A DNA stretch of 64,000 nucleotides, taken from positions 340,752,001-340,816,000 of the forward strand of contig OZ024741.1 in the NCBI GenBank assembly GCA_964016885.1, written 5' to 3'. Made by a program: the position numbers and the translations under genes. The DNA is from Eledone cirrhosa (Eukaryota). Each line of letters starts with the position of its first letter. Position 1 is the stretch's first letter. Shown piece by piece: positions 62,318-64,000 of this stretch. Under the pieces are notes generated by a model that was not told where the DNA came from, did not search any database, and worked only from the letters and a program-made list of their open reading frames with translations.

Positions 62318-62801
62318 TAAGTATATATATATGTAATAATGTTTGTAATAATGTTTGTTTAATCTGTTAATAGCTGTGTGCAAATATAGCCAGACAATAT
62401 TACTGTGTACAATTAATATAACTATAACTTCTTATACAATACCATCACCCTCACCCCTAAAACTACTCCCGCCACCAGCACGGCAGATTAGCATATTCAG
62501 CCAGATCAACAAATTGAAATAGAACACGGTTTATTATAGCATTTAAACACTGAAAAATCTATGTATAATATATGTATAATCCCCACCTCGCACTATTACA
62601 AAATAACAAGACAGCAAATATGGAAGTTTCGCCATAGATAATGGCAATAAAAGCAAGCCATACCTGTTTTGTATATATTGTCTTGTCTAGTTTTATTTTT
62701 ACCCCAGAGAGTTCTCTTTATATATATACACAAATACATATTTGTATAGATATAGTTATATCTATATGCATGTCTCTACACACACTCACACACACACACA
62801 C

Positions 62802-62834
<33 letters not shown>

Positions 62835-63032
62835 AATATATATATATATGTATATATATATATATGTGTGTGTGTATATTTATATATATATATATTTATA
62901 TATATATATTTATAGTATGCAGATTGGAGCACTCGACGAAGTACGCAGGTTGGTTTGTTTACTCCGGAGTAATGTAAAATAATTAAGTCAAATATGTAAA
63001 ATTTGGCTTCGTTTATTATAAATTATAGATAT

Positions 63033-63087
63033 ACTGCTATATATATTTCGGTGATAGCTATCATTGGCTGTGACCTCTTCAGGCAGT
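63033..63087 (-). ncRNA. Canonical hammerhead (family G second copy; island ~62895-63240 with terminal hairpin)
   Basis: Minus strand: ACTGC-CTGAAGA-GGTCACAGCCAATGATAGCTATCACC-GAAA-TATATA-TA-GCAGT. Confidence 0.88.
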
Positions 63088-63237
63088 CCGAATTGGTGTG
63101 TGAAAGTCAGGTACACATGTTGTTGAAGTGTGTTTTACTCCGTCAATACATCGATATGTCCAGCTCCTGGTTGTGTTGTTATTTCTCTGAGGAATATGAT
63201 CATATGATTCCAGTTCCTCAGATAAATAACAATACAA

Positions 63238-63269
<32 letters not shown>

Positions 63270-63272
<3 letters not shown>

Positions 63273-63500
63273 AAAGAATAGAGGTGTAACACACGAGTTA
63301 TGATATATTAGTAAAAGGAAAAGAAAATGCTGACAAATTGTTCCCAGTGAAAAATAGTTTAATTAGGAATAAGTAATTAGTAATAGTATTGGTTAGTATT
63401 CAGTTTTGGTTTTAAGTTTTACCGGTTGCGCATTTCTAATGCTTTTCAAAAATAATTTTGAGATAGAGCGCCCGTGATGTTTGCTCTAATCTGATTAGTT
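63270..63500 (-). mobile_element. Family J copy without SINE or fold-back
   Basis: Colinear with 35460-35868 minus the SINE, and continues beyond the fold-back point. Confidence 0.8.
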
Positions 63501-63806
63501 TTGGAAATTCTACTTGTTTTATGTAAAAAAAAGTGGCTCCAGATGTATGAAAAAATTCTTGTGGTCAAAACAATTTTGATTGGTCGGTTGAGGTCATGTG
63601 AATGTTAAAAATTGATTTTGCGCCAAATGTAGGTTTGTCTCGGCTGATTGAGAAGTCACTGAAAAATAAGTCTTTCAAGACAAATGTGTGTGTGTGTGTG
63701 TGTGTGTGTGTAGTAGTAGTAGTAAAGAGGTTCGTTGTTGTGATAATGGTCAGCAGGGATGTGTGTGCGAACCGCAGCCTGTTGACAGTTCAAATGCCTA
63801 TTAAGA

Positions 63807-63853
<47 letters not shown>

Positions 63854-64000
63854 CAGAGTAATTCGTGGTAGAGGGATGGTCAGTAGGAATGTGATTGTAC
63901 GTGTGTGGGGGATATTTTAACATGTTAAAAGATATTTTTCAGCTCTTGTCTTATACGGAGAAGTGTGTGTGTGTGTATGTGTGAATATGTCTCTTTGTAT

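Overview
This is repeat-dominated, AT-rich eukaryotic DNA. The style (long (TA)n/(CA)n arrays, Meta-domain-like and CORE/V-like tRNA-SINEs, RTE LINEs, Penelope-like elements) suggests an octopus or other coleoid cephalopod; that is inference. I found no host protein-coding exon, and nearly all ORF-track entries are microsatellite or minisatellite artefacts. Recognisable content: an ~11 kb 54-bp minisatellite with higher-order structure, a decayed RTE-clade LINE, five Penelope-like element (PLE) RT/GIY-YIG remnants, a mariner remnant, non-autonomous Helitrons, MITEs and many SINEs. The main discovery is about 30 type I hammerhead ribozyme (HHR) motifs from about 13 sequence families, all read by eye. 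They lie in short islands embedded in (TA)n arrays. Many islands are head-to-head fold-back palindromes with invariant polarity (left arm HHR on -, right arm on +). Some families are PLE pseudo-LTRs. Others are non-coding, partially tandem monomers (317 nt, ~516 nt) resembling retrozymes. The ribozymes include core variants (U3-A8, U4C, U4A, A13C), palindromic helix III, and helix II insertions up to ~100 nt. Ribozyme activity and family assignments are untested.
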